Positions 34,432 through 44,051 are shown, counted from the stretch's first letter. The stretch: DNA of 64,000 nt from Nitrosomonadales bacterium (GCA_005240145.1 SBAS01000088.1:4925-68924), one strand, 5' to 3'. The notes: a model not told the origin generated them from the letters alone. Numbers and translations are program-made.

Positions 34432-35502
34432 TCAAGGCAGCGCGGAGGTTCCGTAGATCATGCGGCGTGCAAAAAAACGTTTTGCCGGCAGGCAAATGTC
34501 CAACGCGGTTAATCCAAATCCTCGCACCAGTCCGGCCAGGGGATTCGCGCCGAGAAAGCCGCGCGCGAGGAAATCGGTGACGCGCACGGTCGTCATCGCA
34601 TCCGGGCGGCGCGCAGCGGCATAGCGCTGCAGCACGCGCGCCTCGCCCGGGTCTTGCGCCTCACGCAAGACCTGAGCCAGATCCCATGCGTCGCGCAGGC
34701 CGAGATTGAGACCCTGGCCGGCGACCGGGTGCAGGCTTTGCGCCGCGTTGCCGATGTAGGCTTCGCGCTCGCCGACGCGCGAAGGCCGCACGCGCAACGC
34801 GAGGGGCGCGCGAGCCCGCTCGGCGACGGCGATGAATGCGCCTGCACGAGCGCCGAATGCGCCTGCAAGCGCCTGCAGGAACTCGGCCTCGGGCGCATCG
34901 CACAAAACCCGTGCCCGTTCGGGGTGCATACCCCAGACAAGGCAATAGCGCCCGGCGAGCGGCAGCAGCGCGAGCGGTCCTTGCGGCGTAAAGCGTTCCC
35001 ATGCGGTGTCGGTGGCAGTGGGCCGGGTCGAGACCAGAGCCACGATCGCCTCCTGCCCGTAGTCCCTGTCTTCGGCGCCGCTGGCGGAACCTTCGGCGTG
35101 GACGACGAGCGACGCGCCACCGGCTCCGGCCTCCAGCGGAATGCGCTTTTCCCTGACGTGGTCCAGCAGCGCGCGCAGCAGGGCTTCGTACGCCACCACG
35201 TACCCGAGCACCGGCACACCGGCGTCGGCCGCACTCAGGCAGCTGCGGCCGAACGCGCCTTGCTGCGAGATGTGAATCCTGTCGATCGGGGTAGTTTCCA
35301 GGCCGTGCCAGGCGCCGGCGCGCTCGAGGATCAGGCGGCTGGCGTGCGACAGGGCAATGGGACGGAAAGGGGTCTTTGCGGCGGCCGGTTTTTTTTCCAC
35401 CAGGCAAACTTTCCTGCCCGCCGCGTGGAGCAGAAGCGCGAGCACGCAACCCACCGGTCCGGCTCCGCGGACAGAGACCTCAGCCAGCATCGTGCTTTGC
35501 AT
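34432..35502 (-). CDS. ubiH: UbiH/UbiF/VisC/COQ6-family FAD-dependent ubiquinone hydroxylase
   Basis: GAGPVGCVLALLL dinucleotide fold and GNAAQSLHPVAGQGLNLGLRD. Adjacent to pepP as in many proteobacteria. At 356 aa it is somewhat short for the family. Confidence 0.75.
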   Translation of the reverse strand: MQSTMLAEVSVRGAGPVGCVLALLLHAAGRKVCLVEKKPAAAKTPFRPIALSHASRLILERAGAWHGLETTPIDRIHISQQGAFGRSCLSAADAGVPVLGYVVAYEALLRALLDHVREKRIPLEAGAGGASLVVHAEGSASGAEDRDYGQEAIVALVSTRPTATDTAWERFTPQGPLALLPLAGRYCLVWGMHPERARVLCDAPEAEFLQALAGAFGARAGAFIAVAERARAPLALRVRPSRVGEREAYIGNAAQSLHPVAGQGLNLGLRDAWDLAQVLREAQDPGEARVLQRYAAARRPDAMTTVRVTDFLARGFLGANPLAGLVRGFGLTALDICLPAKRFFARRMIYGTSALP

Positions 35503-36811
35503 CCCTCTTCAGGGCCTCGATGTCGGCGATGCTCTTGGGTGCTTCGGCCGTGATCAATTCGCAGCCGTTCTCGGTGACCAGTGCGTCGTCTTCGATGCGC
35601 ACGCCGATGCCCCGCAGCGGCGCCGGGACGTCGTCCGCGGCGCGGATGTAGAGGCCGGGTTCCACGGTGAGTACCATGCCCGGCGCCAGCGAGCGCCATT
35701 TGCCGGCGCGCTTGTAGTCGCCGGCGTCATGCACGTCCAGGCCCAGCCAGTGGCCGGTGCGGTGCATGTAGAAGCGCTTGTAGGTTTCCTTTTCCAGCAC
35801 TTCGTCCAGACTGCCGGAGAGGAGCTTGAGATCGAGCATGCCCTGCGCCAGCACGCGCACCGCGGCGTCATGCGGTTCGTTCCACCCATTGCCGGCCCGG
35901 ACTTTCTCGATGGCCGCAGCCTGCGCGGCAAGCACGACCTCGTAGACGGCGCGCTGCGCCGCGCTGAAGCGCTCGCTCACCGGGAAGGTGCGCGTGATGT
36001 CGGAGGCGTAGCCGCCGAGCTCGCAGCCCGCGTCGATCAGCACCAGGTCGCCGGCGTTCAGCGCCGCGTCGTTGGACGCATAGTGCAGCACGCAGGTGTT
36101 GGCGCCGCCGGCGACGATCGGCCAGTAGGCGGGGAACTGGGCGCCGTTGCGCCGGAACTCGTGCAGCAGCTCGGCTTCGAGCTCGAACTCGTAGCCTCCC
36201 GGACGCGCGGCGCGTATCGCGCGGCGGTGCGCCCCGGCCGAGATGGACGCGGCCTTGCGCATGATGCCCAGCTCGTGCGCATCCTTCACCAGCCGCATCT
36301 CGTCGACCAGCGCACGCACGTCCTGCACGCGCTCGGGCGCCGCTACGCCGGCCCGTGCGTTGGCGCGTACCGCGTTCAGCCAGCCCATCGCGCGCGCGTC
36401 CCACGTGGCATCCGCGCCAACCGGGTAATACAGCGCAGGCTGGTCGCCGAGCAGCGCGGTGAGCTTCGCATCGAGTTCGGCGATCGGATGGCATGCGTCG
36501 AAACCGAAACGCTCCTGCGCCCCTTTGGGCCCGAAGCGAAAGCCGTCCCAGGTCTCGCGCTCCTCGTTTTTCTCGCGGCAGAACAGCAGGCTCCTGGGCT
36601 GCGCGCCGGCGACGATCACCAGCACTGCCTCGGGTTCGGGGAAGCCGGTGAGGTAATAGAAATGGCTGTCGAACCGGTACGGGAAGTGCGTGTCGCGGTT
36701 GCGGATGCGCTGCGGAGCGGTGGCGATGACCGCCACGCCGGCTTGCATCGCCTGCGCGAGGCGGGCGCGGCGCGCGCCGTGGAGTGCGGGATCGAGTTCG
36801 TTCATTTTCAT
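35480..36811 (-). CDS. pepP: Xaa-Pro aminopeptidase
   Basis: 443 aa. DITRTFP...HRTGHWLGLDVHD...VLTVEPGLY...GIRIED-like GVRIEDD. Confidence 0.9.
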   Translation of the reverse strand: MKMNELDPALHGARRARLAQAMQAGVAVIATAPQRIRNRDTHFPYRFDSHFYYLTGFPEPEAVLVIVAGAQPRSLLFCREKNEERETWDGFRFGPKGAQERFGFDACHPIAELDAKLTALLGDQPALYYPVGADATWDARAMGWLNAVRANARAGVAAPERVQDVRALVDEMRLVKDAHELGIMRKAASISAGAHRRAIRAARPGGYEFELEAELLHEFRRNGAQFPAYWPIVAGGANTCVLHYASNDAALNAGDLVLIDAGCELGGYASDITRTFPVSERFSAAQRAVYEVVLAAQAAAIEKVRAGNGWNEPHDAAVRVLAQGMLDLKLLSGSLDEVLEKETYKRFYMHRTGHWLGLDVHDAGDYKRAGKWRSLAPGMVLTVEPGLYIRAADDVPAPLRGIGVRIEDDALVTENGCELITAEAPKSIADIEALKRDAKHDAG

Positions 36812-37479
36812 GATTGCTTCAGCCTTGCTTCGAGCCCCGACAGGCGTTCCGGGGTACCGACGTCGCTCCAGTGCCCCTCATACAGTTCACCCGTGACCTC
36901 GGCGCGCTCTGCTGCCGCGCGCCACAGTGGCGCGAGCTCGGCCTTCTGGCCGGCGGCGATGCCGGCGACGAGGAGCGGTGAAATCACCGCGATGCCGGCG
37001 TAAGTGTAGCGCGGCGCGGGCCCGTTGCCGACGACGCCGTTGCCGAGCGAGAAATCGCCCGCCGCATGCTGCGGAGGGTTCGGCACGAGGACGAGGTGCG
37101 ACAGGTGCCTGCCCAGGTCGAACCCGCGCAAGCGCGAGAAATCGTAGTCGCACCAGATGTCGGCATTGACAAGGAGGAAAGGCGCGACGCCCAGCAGCGC
37201 GCGCGCCTGGGCGATGCCGCCTGCGGTTTCCAGCGGCGCGGCTTCGTGCGACCAGTCGATGGGCATGCCGGCGCCGCTGCCGTCGCCGAAACGCGCAGTG
37301 ATTTTTTCCGCCAGGTGCGAGACGTTGATCACGGCGCGCGCAAAACCGGCGTGCGCCAGGCGTTGCAGGTGCCGGCCCAGCAGCGTCTGGCCCGCGACCT
37401 CGACCAGGGGCTTGGGCGTCGTGTCGGTGAAGGGCCGCAGCCGCTCGCCGCGCCCGGCCGCGAGGATCATGACTTTCAT
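36808..37479 (-). CDS. murU: N-acetylmuramate alpha-1-phosphate uridylyltransferase (nucleotidyltransferase)
   Basis: Start ATG 37479 (MKVMILAAGRGERLRPFTDTTPKPL). The stop overlaps the pepP start. The upstream 128 codons of the track ORF are spurious. Confidence 0.8.
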   Translation of the reverse strand: MKVMILAAGRGERLRPFTDTTPKPLVEVAGQTLLGRHLQRLAHAGFARAVINVSHLAEKITARFGDGSGAGMPIDWSHEAAPLETAGGIAQARALLGVAPFLLVNADIWCDYDFSRLRGFDLGRHLSHLVLVPNPPQHAAGDFSLGNGVVGNGPAPRYTYAGIAVISPLLVAGIAAGQKAELAPLWRAAAERAEVTGELYEGHWSDVGTPERLSGLEARLKQS

Positions 37480-38450
37480 GCCGGGGCGAGCGTATCGAGC
37501 AGGCGCGCAAGCGGCGCGAGTTCGCTGTAGCGCCGGCAGGTGGCGTGAAGATACTCGAGCACGCGGGGAATGTCGGCCAGATAGCGCTGCTTGCCGTCGC
37601 GGTGGCAGAGGCGCGAAAAAATCCCGACGACCTTGAGCTGGCGCTGCGCGCCCATCCACTCGAAATCGCGGTAGAACTGGGCAAAATCCGCGCGCACCGG
37701 CAGGCCGGCCTGGCGCGCCTTTTCCCAGTAGCGCACGACCCAGTCGAGTACCCGCGCCTCTTCCCAGCGCACATAGGCATCGCGAAACAGCGACACCAGG
37801 TCGTAGCTGATCGGGCCATAGACGGCGTCCTGGAAATCCAGGATCCCCGGCAGCGGCTCGCACACCATCAGGTTGCGGCTGTGGTAATCCCGGTGCACGA
37901 AAACCTGCGGTTGGGCGAGGTTGTTGGCAAGCAGCGCTTCGAACGCGCCCTCCAGGGCAAGGCTATCCTTCGAGGACAGTTCGCGGCGCAGCTCGCGCGC
38001 CAGATACCAGTCCGGAAACAGGCGCAGTTCGCGCTCGAGGAGCGCGCGGTCGTAATCAGGCAGTACCCCGGGCCGGCTCGCGAGCTGGATGCGGATCAGC
38101 GCCTCGGTCGCGGCTGCGTAGGCGGCCTCGGGGTCGTGCGCACGGAGGAATTCGAGGTAGGTGGTATTGCCGAGGTCCTCCAGCAGCAGGAAGCCTTCGG
38201 CAAGGTTCTGTGCGTGGATCCGGGGCACGTGCACGCCGGCAGCGGCGAACAACCCGGCAACGGCGATGAACGGGCCGCAATTTTCTTTCTCCGGCGGCGC
38301 ATCCATGGCGATGAAACTGCGGCCATCGGCGAAACTCACGCGCCAATAGCGACGGAAGCTCGCGTCCTCCGATGCCGGGGCAAGCGTGAAAGCGGGGCCC
38401 CGGAAGTGTGCGCCGAGCCACCGTTGGAGCGCGGCGAGCCTGAAATCCAT
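37476..38450 (-). CDS. amgK: aminoglycoside-phosphotransferase-fold sugar kinase (anomeric MurNAc/GlcNAc kinase type)
   Basis: Start ATG 38450 (MDFRLAALQRWL). APH-fold motif VFVHRDYHSRNLM...ILDFQDA. Paired with murU and divergent from lptD, as in Pseudomonas. Confidence 0.75.
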   Translation of the reverse strand: MDFRLAALQRWLGAHFRGPAFTLAPASEDASFRRYWRVSFADGRSFIAMDAPPEKENCGPFIAVAGLFAAAGVHVPRIHAQNLAEGFLLLEDLGNTTYLEFLRAHDPEAAYAAATEALIRIQLASRPGVLPDYDRALLERELRLFPDWYLARELRRELSSKDSLALEGAFEALLANNLAQPQVFVHRDYHSRNLMVCEPLPGILDFQDAVYGPISYDLVSLFRDAYVRWEEARVLDWVVRYWEKARQAGLPVRADFAQFYRDFEWMGAQRQLKVVGIFSRLCHRDGKQRYLADIPRVLEYLHATCRRYSELAPLARLLDTLAPA

Positions 38451-38468
38451 TGCGAATTGCGCGGAATT

Positions 38469-40766
38469 ATGACACTTTCCACTCTCGTAAAACGCGCCCG
38501 ATTGACTCTCTTGATGCAGCACCTTCCGGCGCTCTTCGCCGCGCTGATGTTCCTCTTGCCCGGCACCCAGTTCGCCTGGGCGCAGGTGAGCGCACCGGCA
38601 CCCGCGGTGGTGCCCAAGCCGAAGGGGCCGACGACCATCGATGCGCAGAGCATCGAGGGCGTCTCCGAGCTGGAGGTGACCGCGCGCGGCCGCGTCGAGT
38701 TCCAGCGCGAGGATCTCACCGTGTACAGCGAATTCCTGCGCTTCAACCAGGAGTTCGGCCGCATCGAGGCCGATGGCGGCGTGCGCCTGCAACGCGGCGC
38801 GGACCGCTTCTTCGGCCCGCGCCTGCGCTACAACACGCGGGACGACACCGGCGTGTTCGAAGGCTCGAATTTCATCCTGCAGGGCGAGACGACGACGATG
38901 CGCGGCTCGGCCGAGCGGCTCGAATTCCTCGGCAAGGACCTCTACCGGCTGGTAAAAGGCAGTTTCACTTCCTGCGAACCGGGCAAGGAGGACTGGCGCT
39001 TCGAGGCGGGCGAACTCGAGATCGACAATGAAAGGAGCGTGGCCACCGTGCGCGACGGCCGCTTCAGGTTCTTCGACACCACGCTGCTGCCCCTGCCTTA
39101 CGGCTCGTTTTCGCTCGACAAGCAGCGAAAGTCCGGTTTTCTGACGCCGCATTACGGGCAAAATACGCGCCGCGGCGCCGAGTTGTCTGTGCCGTACTAC
39201 TGGAACATCGCGCCGGAGCGCGATCTCACGGTCACGCCTTCTTTCATGGCCAAGCGCGGCCCTCAGGTGAAGACCGAATTTCGCTACATGGACAGAACCT
39301 ACACCGGCGGCCTGCGCTATGAACTGGTGCCGCACGACCGGGTGCTGGATGCCTCGCGTAGCGCCTTTTCCCTGGCGCACCAGCATCGGATCACGCCGCA
39401 GCTAACCGGCAGCGTCGATTTCAACAAAGTTTCCGACAGCCGCTATTTCGTCGACCTTACCTCTCGCGTAAACCAGGTTTCGACCGGCATTCTGCAACAA
39501 ACGGCTGCCCTGAATTACAGCGGCGGCGTTGCCGGTGTTCCCTATTACGTGAATACCCTGGTGCAGCGCTGGCAGACCCTGCAGGATCCGCTGGCGCCGA
39601 TCACGCCGCCCTATGCGCGCCTGCCGCAGATCAACTTTGGCGCGACGAAGAACGACATCGCCGAGCGGTTCGATGTTTCGATACCGGGCGATTACGTGCG
39701 CTTTTCGCACCCGACTCTGGTCCAGGGGACGCGTCTTTCGTTCAACCCGACGCTTGCGGCGCCGTTCCTCGCGCCCGGTTACTTCGTGACCCCGAAGCTC
39801 GGCTTGCGCCATGCCGACTACCATCTGACCCATCTCGCGCCGAACCAGGCGGACAAGCACAGCGTTGCCGTGCCCTGGATGAGCGTGGACGGCGGACTGA
39901 TTTTCGATCGCGGCGTGAACTGGTTCGGCCAGTCGATGACACAGACGCTAGACCCGCGCGCGTTCTACGTGTACGCGCCGAACCGGAACCAGAGCCAGAT
40001 ACCGTTGTTTGACACGGCGCTGACGGATTTCAACTATGCGCAGATCTTCACCGAGAACCGTTTCGCCGGGGGCGACCGGTTCGGCGACGCCAACCAGCTG
40101 ACGCTGGCGGCAAGCTCGCGCCTGCTGATGCCCAACGGCGAGGAGCTGCTGCGCGCCACCATCGGCCAGCGCTACTATCTTGCGGACGAGAAGGTCGGGC
40201 TTACGAGCGCCTCAGTGCTGCGCACGCGCAACCAGTCCGACCTGCTGGCCGCGGTCGGCGGCCGTCTGGGGCCGAACTTAAGTTTCGACAGCGCGGTCCA
40301 ATACAACCCGGACCGGTCGCGCGCGGAACGCTACAGCGTCTCGGCGCGCTACGCCCCGGAAATCGCCAAGGTGGTCAATGCCAGCTACCGCTTCAACCGT
40401 GAAACCAACCTCAAGCAGGTCGATCTCACCGGTCAGTGGCCGATCGCAACCGGCTGGTATGCCATCGGCCGCTGGAACTACTCGGTGAGCGAGTCGCGCA
40501 TGCTGGAGGGTATCGCCGGGATCGAGTACAACGCGGGCTGCTGGGTGTTTCGCGGCGCATTTCAGCGCCTCCAGGCCGCCGCCCAGACGACCTCGACGGG
40601 GATATTCTTCCAGCTGGAATTCAACGGCTTTGGCGGCCTTGGGTCGAACGAAATCGTCAGCATGCTCAGGCGCAGCGTTCCGGGATACGCGGTCACCAAC
40701 CCCGGCCAGGCTTCGCTGGTGCCGCCGAGCTTGCAGCCGCGCCTGCCGTTCGAGCAGACGTTCTAG
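38469..40766 (+). CDS. lptD: LPS-assembly outer-membrane protein LptD
   Basis: ATG 38469 gives a signal peptide (LMFLLPGTQFAWAQ), an OstA N-domain (ARGRVEFQREDLTVYSE) and a large beta-barrel ending in the aromatic EQTF. The 308 N-terminal codons of the track ORF are antisense to amgK. Confidence 0.9.
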   Translation: MTLSTLVKRARLTLLMQHLPALFAALMFLLPGTQFAWAQVSAPAPAVVPKPKGPTTIDAQSIEGVSELEVTARGRVEFQREDLTVYSEFLRFNQEFGRIEADGGVRLQRGADRFFGPRLRYNTRDDTGVFEGSNFILQGETTTMRGSAERLEFLGKDLYRLVKGSFTSCEPGKEDWRFEAGELEIDNERSVATVRDGRFRFFDTTLLPLPYGSFSLDKQRKSGFLTPHYGQNTRRGAELSVPYYWNIAPERDLTVTPSFMAKRGPQVKTEFRYMDRTYTGGLRYELVPHDRVLDASRSAFSLAHQHRITPQLTGSVDFNKVSDSRYFVDLTSRVNQVSTGILQQTAALNYSGGVAGVPYYVNTLVQRWQTLQDPLAPITPPYARLPQINFGATKNDIAERFDVSIPGDYVRFSHPTLVQGTRLSFNPTLAAPFLAPGYFVTPKLGLRHADYHLTHLAPNQADKHSVAVPWMSVDGGLIFDRGVNWFGQSMTQTLDPRAFYVYAPNRNQSQIPLFDTALTDFNYAQIFTENRFAGGDRFGDANQLTLAASSRLLMPNGEELLRATIGQRYYLADEKVGLTSASVLRTRNQSDLLAAVGGRLGPNLSFDSAVQYNPDRSRAERYSVSARYAPEIAKVVNASYRFNRETNLKQVDLTGQWPIATGWYAIGRWNYSVSESRMLEGIAGIEYNAGCWVFRGAFQRLQAAAQTTSTGIFFQLEFNGFGGLGSNEIVSMLRRSVPGYAVTNPGQASLVPPSLQPRLPFEQTF

Positions 40767-40778
40767 GCGGTCCGCGCG

Positions 40779-42140
40779 ATGAGAATTCTGTTCGCCGCCC
40801 TGGCAGCTTGCATCGCCGGCTTTGCGCAGGCGCAGGCAAAGGCGCCGGCGCCAAGCCAGACCCAGACGCAGGGCCAGGTTCCGGCGCCGCGCGTGCCGCG
40901 CCAGGCGCCGCGCATCGTGCTGGTGGATCGCATCGTCGCGGTGGTCGGCCGCGAGGTGGTAACCGCATCGGAACTGACCGCGCAACGCGAACTCAAAGAG
41001 CGGCAGTTGCAACGCCAGGGCACCCCGTTGCCCGATCGCGGCTTGCTGGAGCGGCAGATCCTCGAGCGCTTGATCATCCACAAGGCGCAGCTCCAGCTCG
41101 CATCCGACAACGGCATCCGGGTGGAGGAGAGCCAGCTCGAGCGCGCCCTCGAGCGCATCGCCGAGAACAGCAAGATGTCCCTCTCGGCGTTTCGCCAGGC
41201 CCTGGAGAAGGACGACGTACCCTTCGACAAATTTCGCGATGAGGTGCGCCAAGAGATCCAGATTCAGCGCCTGCGCGAGCGCGAGGTGGACGAGCGCATC
41301 GAGGTGAGCGACAGCGAGATCGAGCAGTTCCTGGAGGATTCCAAGGCGAGCAGCGGCGCGCGCAGCGAATACAACCTGGTGCACGTGCTGGTGCGCCTGC
41401 CCGAACAGGCCAGCCCGGAACAGATCGAACAGGCGCGCCAGAAGGCCGAGAAGGCGCGCGCCGAATCGGCTGCGGGCGCGGATTTCGCCAAGGTCGCGGC
41501 GAGCTACTCGGACGCGCCGGATGCGCTGCAGGGCGGCAGCATGGGCTGGCGCGCCGAGGACCGCCTGCCGGAGATTTTTACCGGTGCGCTGAAGAACCTG
41601 CGCCCTGGCCAGACCAGTGCGGTATTGCGCAGTCCGGGCGGCTTCCATGTCATCAAGCTGGTGGAGCGGCGCGGCACGGAGGACGGCGCTCCGGTCGAGC
41701 AAACCCGCGCGCGGCACATTCTTATCCGCACCAGCGAAGTTACCTCTGAAGCAGATGCGCGCCGCAGGCTTTCCGACTTGCGCGAGCGCATCGTCACCGG
41801 CGGCGCCGATTTCGCCGAACTGGCGCGCCTGCATTCGGCCGACGGCAGCGCTTCGCGGGGCGGCGACCTCGACTGGATCCTGCCGGGAGACACGGTGCCC
41901 GATTTCGAGCGCGCCATGACCGCGCTCAAGCCCGGCGAAACGAGCCAGCCGTTCAAATCGCCCTTCGGCTGGCACCTGGTCCAGGTCATGGAGCGCCGCG
42001 CCACAGCGCTGACGCAGGACCGCCGGCGCATGCAGGCCCGCCTGGCACTGAAGGAACGCAAGTCGGACGAGGCCTACCAGGAGTGGCTGCGCCAGCTGCG
42101 CGACCGTACCTACGTCGAAATGCGCCTCGAAGACAGGTGA
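40779..42140 (+). CDS. surA: periplasmic chaperone / peptidyl-prolyl isomerase SurA
   Basis: 453 aa. Signal peptide, VDRIVAVVG SurA N-domain, and two parvulin domains (FSDAPDALQGGSMGW, HSADGSASRGGDLDW). Confidence 0.9.
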   Translation: MRILFAALAACIAGFAQAQAKAPAPSQTQTQGQVPAPRVPRQAPRIVLVDRIVAVVGREVVTASELTAQRELKERQLQRQGTPLPDRGLLERQILERLIIHKAQLQLASDNGIRVEESQLERALERIAENSKMSLSAFRQALEKDDVPFDKFRDEVRQEIQIQRLREREVDERIEVSDSEIEQFLEDSKASSGARSEYNLVHVLVRLPEQASPEQIEQARQKAEKARAESAAGADFAKVAASYSDAPDALQGGSMGWRAEDRLPEIFTGALKNLRPGQTSAVLRSPGGFHVIKLVERRGTEDGAPVEQTRARHILIRTSEVTSEADARRRLSDLRERIVTGGADFAELARLHSADGSASRGGDLDWILPGDTVPDFERAMTALKPGETSQPFKSPFGWHLVQVMERRATALTQDRRRMQARLALKERKSDEAYQEWLRQLRDRTYVEMRLEDR

Positions 42141-42159
42141 GGCCGCGCAAAAGGATAAA

Positions 42160-42921
42160 TTGAAAACGCGTAAGCGTTTTGGCCAGCATTTCCTGCACGA
42201 CCCCGGAGTCCTGAAGCGCATCGTCGAGGCGGTTGCGCCTGAGACCGGCGACGTCGTTGTCGAGATTGGTCCTGGCGAAGGTGCGCTGACGGGTCCGCTG
42301 CTCGAGCGGATCGAGCATCTTACGGCGATAGAGATTGATCGTGACCTGGCGGCGAATCTGGCGCGCGATTTTTCCTCCAGGAAACTTTCGATCGTGACGG
42401 CGGACGTTCTCGATTTCGATTTTTCCGCCCTTTCGCCCGGCCTGCGCATCGTCGGCAATCTGCCCTACAACATCTCGACGCCGATCCTGTTCCACCTCGC
42501 GCGCTACGCGGATCGCGTGCGCGACATGCACTTCATGCTGCAGAAGGAGGTGGTCGAGCGCATGGTGGCCAGGCATTCCACGCCCGACTACGGCCGGCTG
42601 TCGGTGATGCTGCAGACGCGCTTCCGGATGCAGAAACTCTTCAACGTCGCCCCCGGCGCCTTCCGCCCGCCGCCGAAAGTGGATTCCGCCATCGTGCGGC
42701 TGGTTCCGTTGCAGGAAAAAATGCAGTGCGACGAAGCGGTGCTGGAGAAGATCGTGCGCGACGCCTTCAGCGCCCGGCGCAAAACGCTGCGTAACGCGCT
42801 ACCCCTTGAAGCGCGTGATTACGCAGAGCTTGGCATCGACCCGAAACTCAGGCCGGAGAACCTTTCTCCCCCCGACTACGTGCGCATTGCGCGCCGGACT
42901 GAAACGCAGGGTGGTATATAG
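42160..42921 (+). CDS. rsmA: 16S rRNA (adenine1518/1519-N6)-dimethyltransferase
   Basis: KRFGQHFL...VVEIGPGEGALT...GNLPYNISTPI. TTG start at 42160. Confidence 0.9.
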   Translation: MKTRKRFGQHFLHDPGVLKRIVEAVAPETGDVVVEIGPGEGALTGPLLERIEHLTAIEIDRDLAANLARDFSSRKLSIVTADVLDFDFSALSPGLRIVGNLPYNISTPILFHLARYADRVRDMHFMLQKEVVERMVARHSTPDYGRLSVMLQTRFRMQKLFNVAPGAFRPPPKVDSAIVRLVPLQEKMQCDEAVLEKIVRDAFSARRKTLRNALPLEARDYAELGIDPKLRPENLSPPDYVRIARRTETQGGI

Positions 42922-42931
42922 GTACTATATA
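42915..42931. promoter_or_regulatory. AT-rich perfect palindrome (operator / -10 region) upstream of the RHH gene
   Basis: TATATAG-GTA-CTATATA overlaps the rsmA stop. It is followed by SD GGAGGA (42939-42944) and the ATG at 42951. Confidence 0.55.
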
Positions 42932-42950
42932 TGTCCTTGGAGGATACAGA

Positions 42951-43256
42951 ATGGCGACTGCGATGCAGAACATGATGATTTACGTAACCGATTCGCAAAA
43001 AAGGCAATTGCGCAAGCAAGCCGAGACCCGCGGTACCAGCGTGGCGAACGAGGTACGCAGCGCAATTGACACTCATCTTTCGGGCGTGGATAGCAGCGAG
43101 CTTGCCTTGCTCGATGCAGCCACGCGGCAGGCCGAGCGGGACATCGAGGAGATGGTTGAGCGCCTGGATCGGACCAACAAAAAGCTTGACGCTGTTCTTG
43201 CCGAACGCGGCAGGCAGCCTGTCGCCCGGATCAGACGGCACAAGGGGACTGCATGA
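42951..43256 (+). CDS. ribbon-helix-helix (CopG/Arc-like) protein with C-terminal coiled coil
   Basis: 101 aa. MMIYVTDSQKRQLRKQAETRGTSVANEVRSAIDTHL fits a beta-strand plus two helices, as in the RHH fold. Confidence 0.55.
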   Translation: MATAMQNMMIYVTDSQKRQLRKQAETRGTSVANEVRSAIDTHLSGVDSSELALLDAATRQAERDIEEMVERLDRTNKKLDAVLAERGRQPVARIRRHKGTA

Positions 43257-43432
43257 GCCTGATCACGGAGCTTCTCGAACGATTGGCGGGAGTTGCGCTC
43301 CTGAAAGCGAAAGTCAGCGACACGGCGGATCGGGTCGAACGACTCGGCGAATGGATGCTGGAGCTCGACCGGCGCGTCACGCGCGTCGAGAGCACGCAAA
43401 CGCGTCCCGCGCGGCAAAAGCCGAGGCGGTAA
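43253..43432 (+). CDS. small (59 aa) coiled-coil protein with basic tail, translationally coupled to the RHH gene
   Basis: My own translation: MSLITELLERLAGVALLKAKVSDTADRVERLGEWMLELDRRVTRVESTQTRPARQKPRR-stop. The start overlaps the upstream stop (ATGA). Not in the ORF track. Confidence 0.4.
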   Translation: MSLITELLERLAGVALLKAKVSDTADRVERLGEWMLELDRRVTRVESTQTRPARQKPRR

Positions 43433-43640
43433 GGTAAAACGCAGTTGTTCAGGCCGGACAATCTGGCACCACTGGATTTCGTTCGGATTGCGCGGCAGTT
43501 GTCTGCATCCGGCTCCTAGCCGGAAAGCTGCATTCGACCCCAACCGGGCACTCGCAGCGTAAAGTATCCACCCGCCCGAATTGACAGCGCGCGGCGCCTG
43601 CTGGTCTCGCTGTTGCGGAACTTCGTCGAAGCACAGTGAA

Positions 43641-44012
43641 TCAGTTCCCCTTGCGCGCCAGCGTCCATTGCCCCGTGCATATGGCTGGCTCGACAGATCC
43701 GTATCGTGCTGCGTAGGTACCGGCGTAGCCCGTGGTAGTGGCGCGCCCGGCGAGCTTGACGTTGCCGCTACCATCCGGATTTGATCCATCCCACAACGTT
43801 GCCGCGATTGAGCCGTCCTGCACACTCTGGAACTGAAGGTCGGTAAATTGCCTGCCGGAAACTCCTTGCAAGGCGCCCGCCTGGATATCAATGTCTTCCT
43901 CGAAACCATTGCGCTCACAATGCGCACCCTTTCCGGAGCTCACCATGAGGCGAAACGCATAGCGCCCCGGGAGTACACCCGCGGGCGCAACGGCCGCGAC
44001 GCTCACCGGCAA
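43641..44012 (-). CDS. stand-alone copy of the kinase C-terminal two-Cys domain (in frame with the upstream kinase after its TGA)
   Basis: 123 aa from TTG 44012. About 50% identical by eye to the last ~105 aa of the 821-aa kinase (GRYxFRLMV...DGSxAAT...VKLxGRATxTGYAGTY...CTGQWxL). No signal peptide of its own. Confidence 0.5.
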   Translation of the reverse strand: MPVSVAAVAPAGVLPGRYAFRLMVSSGKGAHCERNGFEEDIDIQAGALQGVSGRQFTDLQFQSVQDGSIAATLWDGSNPDGSGNVKLAGRATTTGYAGTYAARYGSVEPAICTGQWTLARKGN

Positions 44013-44051
44013 TGCCTTCGCAGGCGCGGCGGCGCTCTCCGCCTCTTTGCT

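Noticed and set aside
30149-37003. Plus-strand ORFs 30149-31456, 31275-32927, 33104-34084 and 35357-37003
   Set aside because: They are antisense to purD, purH, dusB and pepP, all of which have unambiguous signatures. None has a motif of its own.
37476-40766. Long mutually overlapping ORFs: 636 aa on the minus strand (37476-39386) and 1073 aa on the plus strand (37545-40766)
   Set aside because: Each is a real gene (amgK, lptD) extended through the antisense of the other. Family-like sequence starts at ATG 38450 (amgK) and ATG 38469 (lptD).
40278-42458. 726-aa minus-strand ORF across lptD-surA-rsmA, and 55512-57443 (643 aa) opposite miaB
   Set aside because: Shadow ORFs that cross several independent genes on the other strand.
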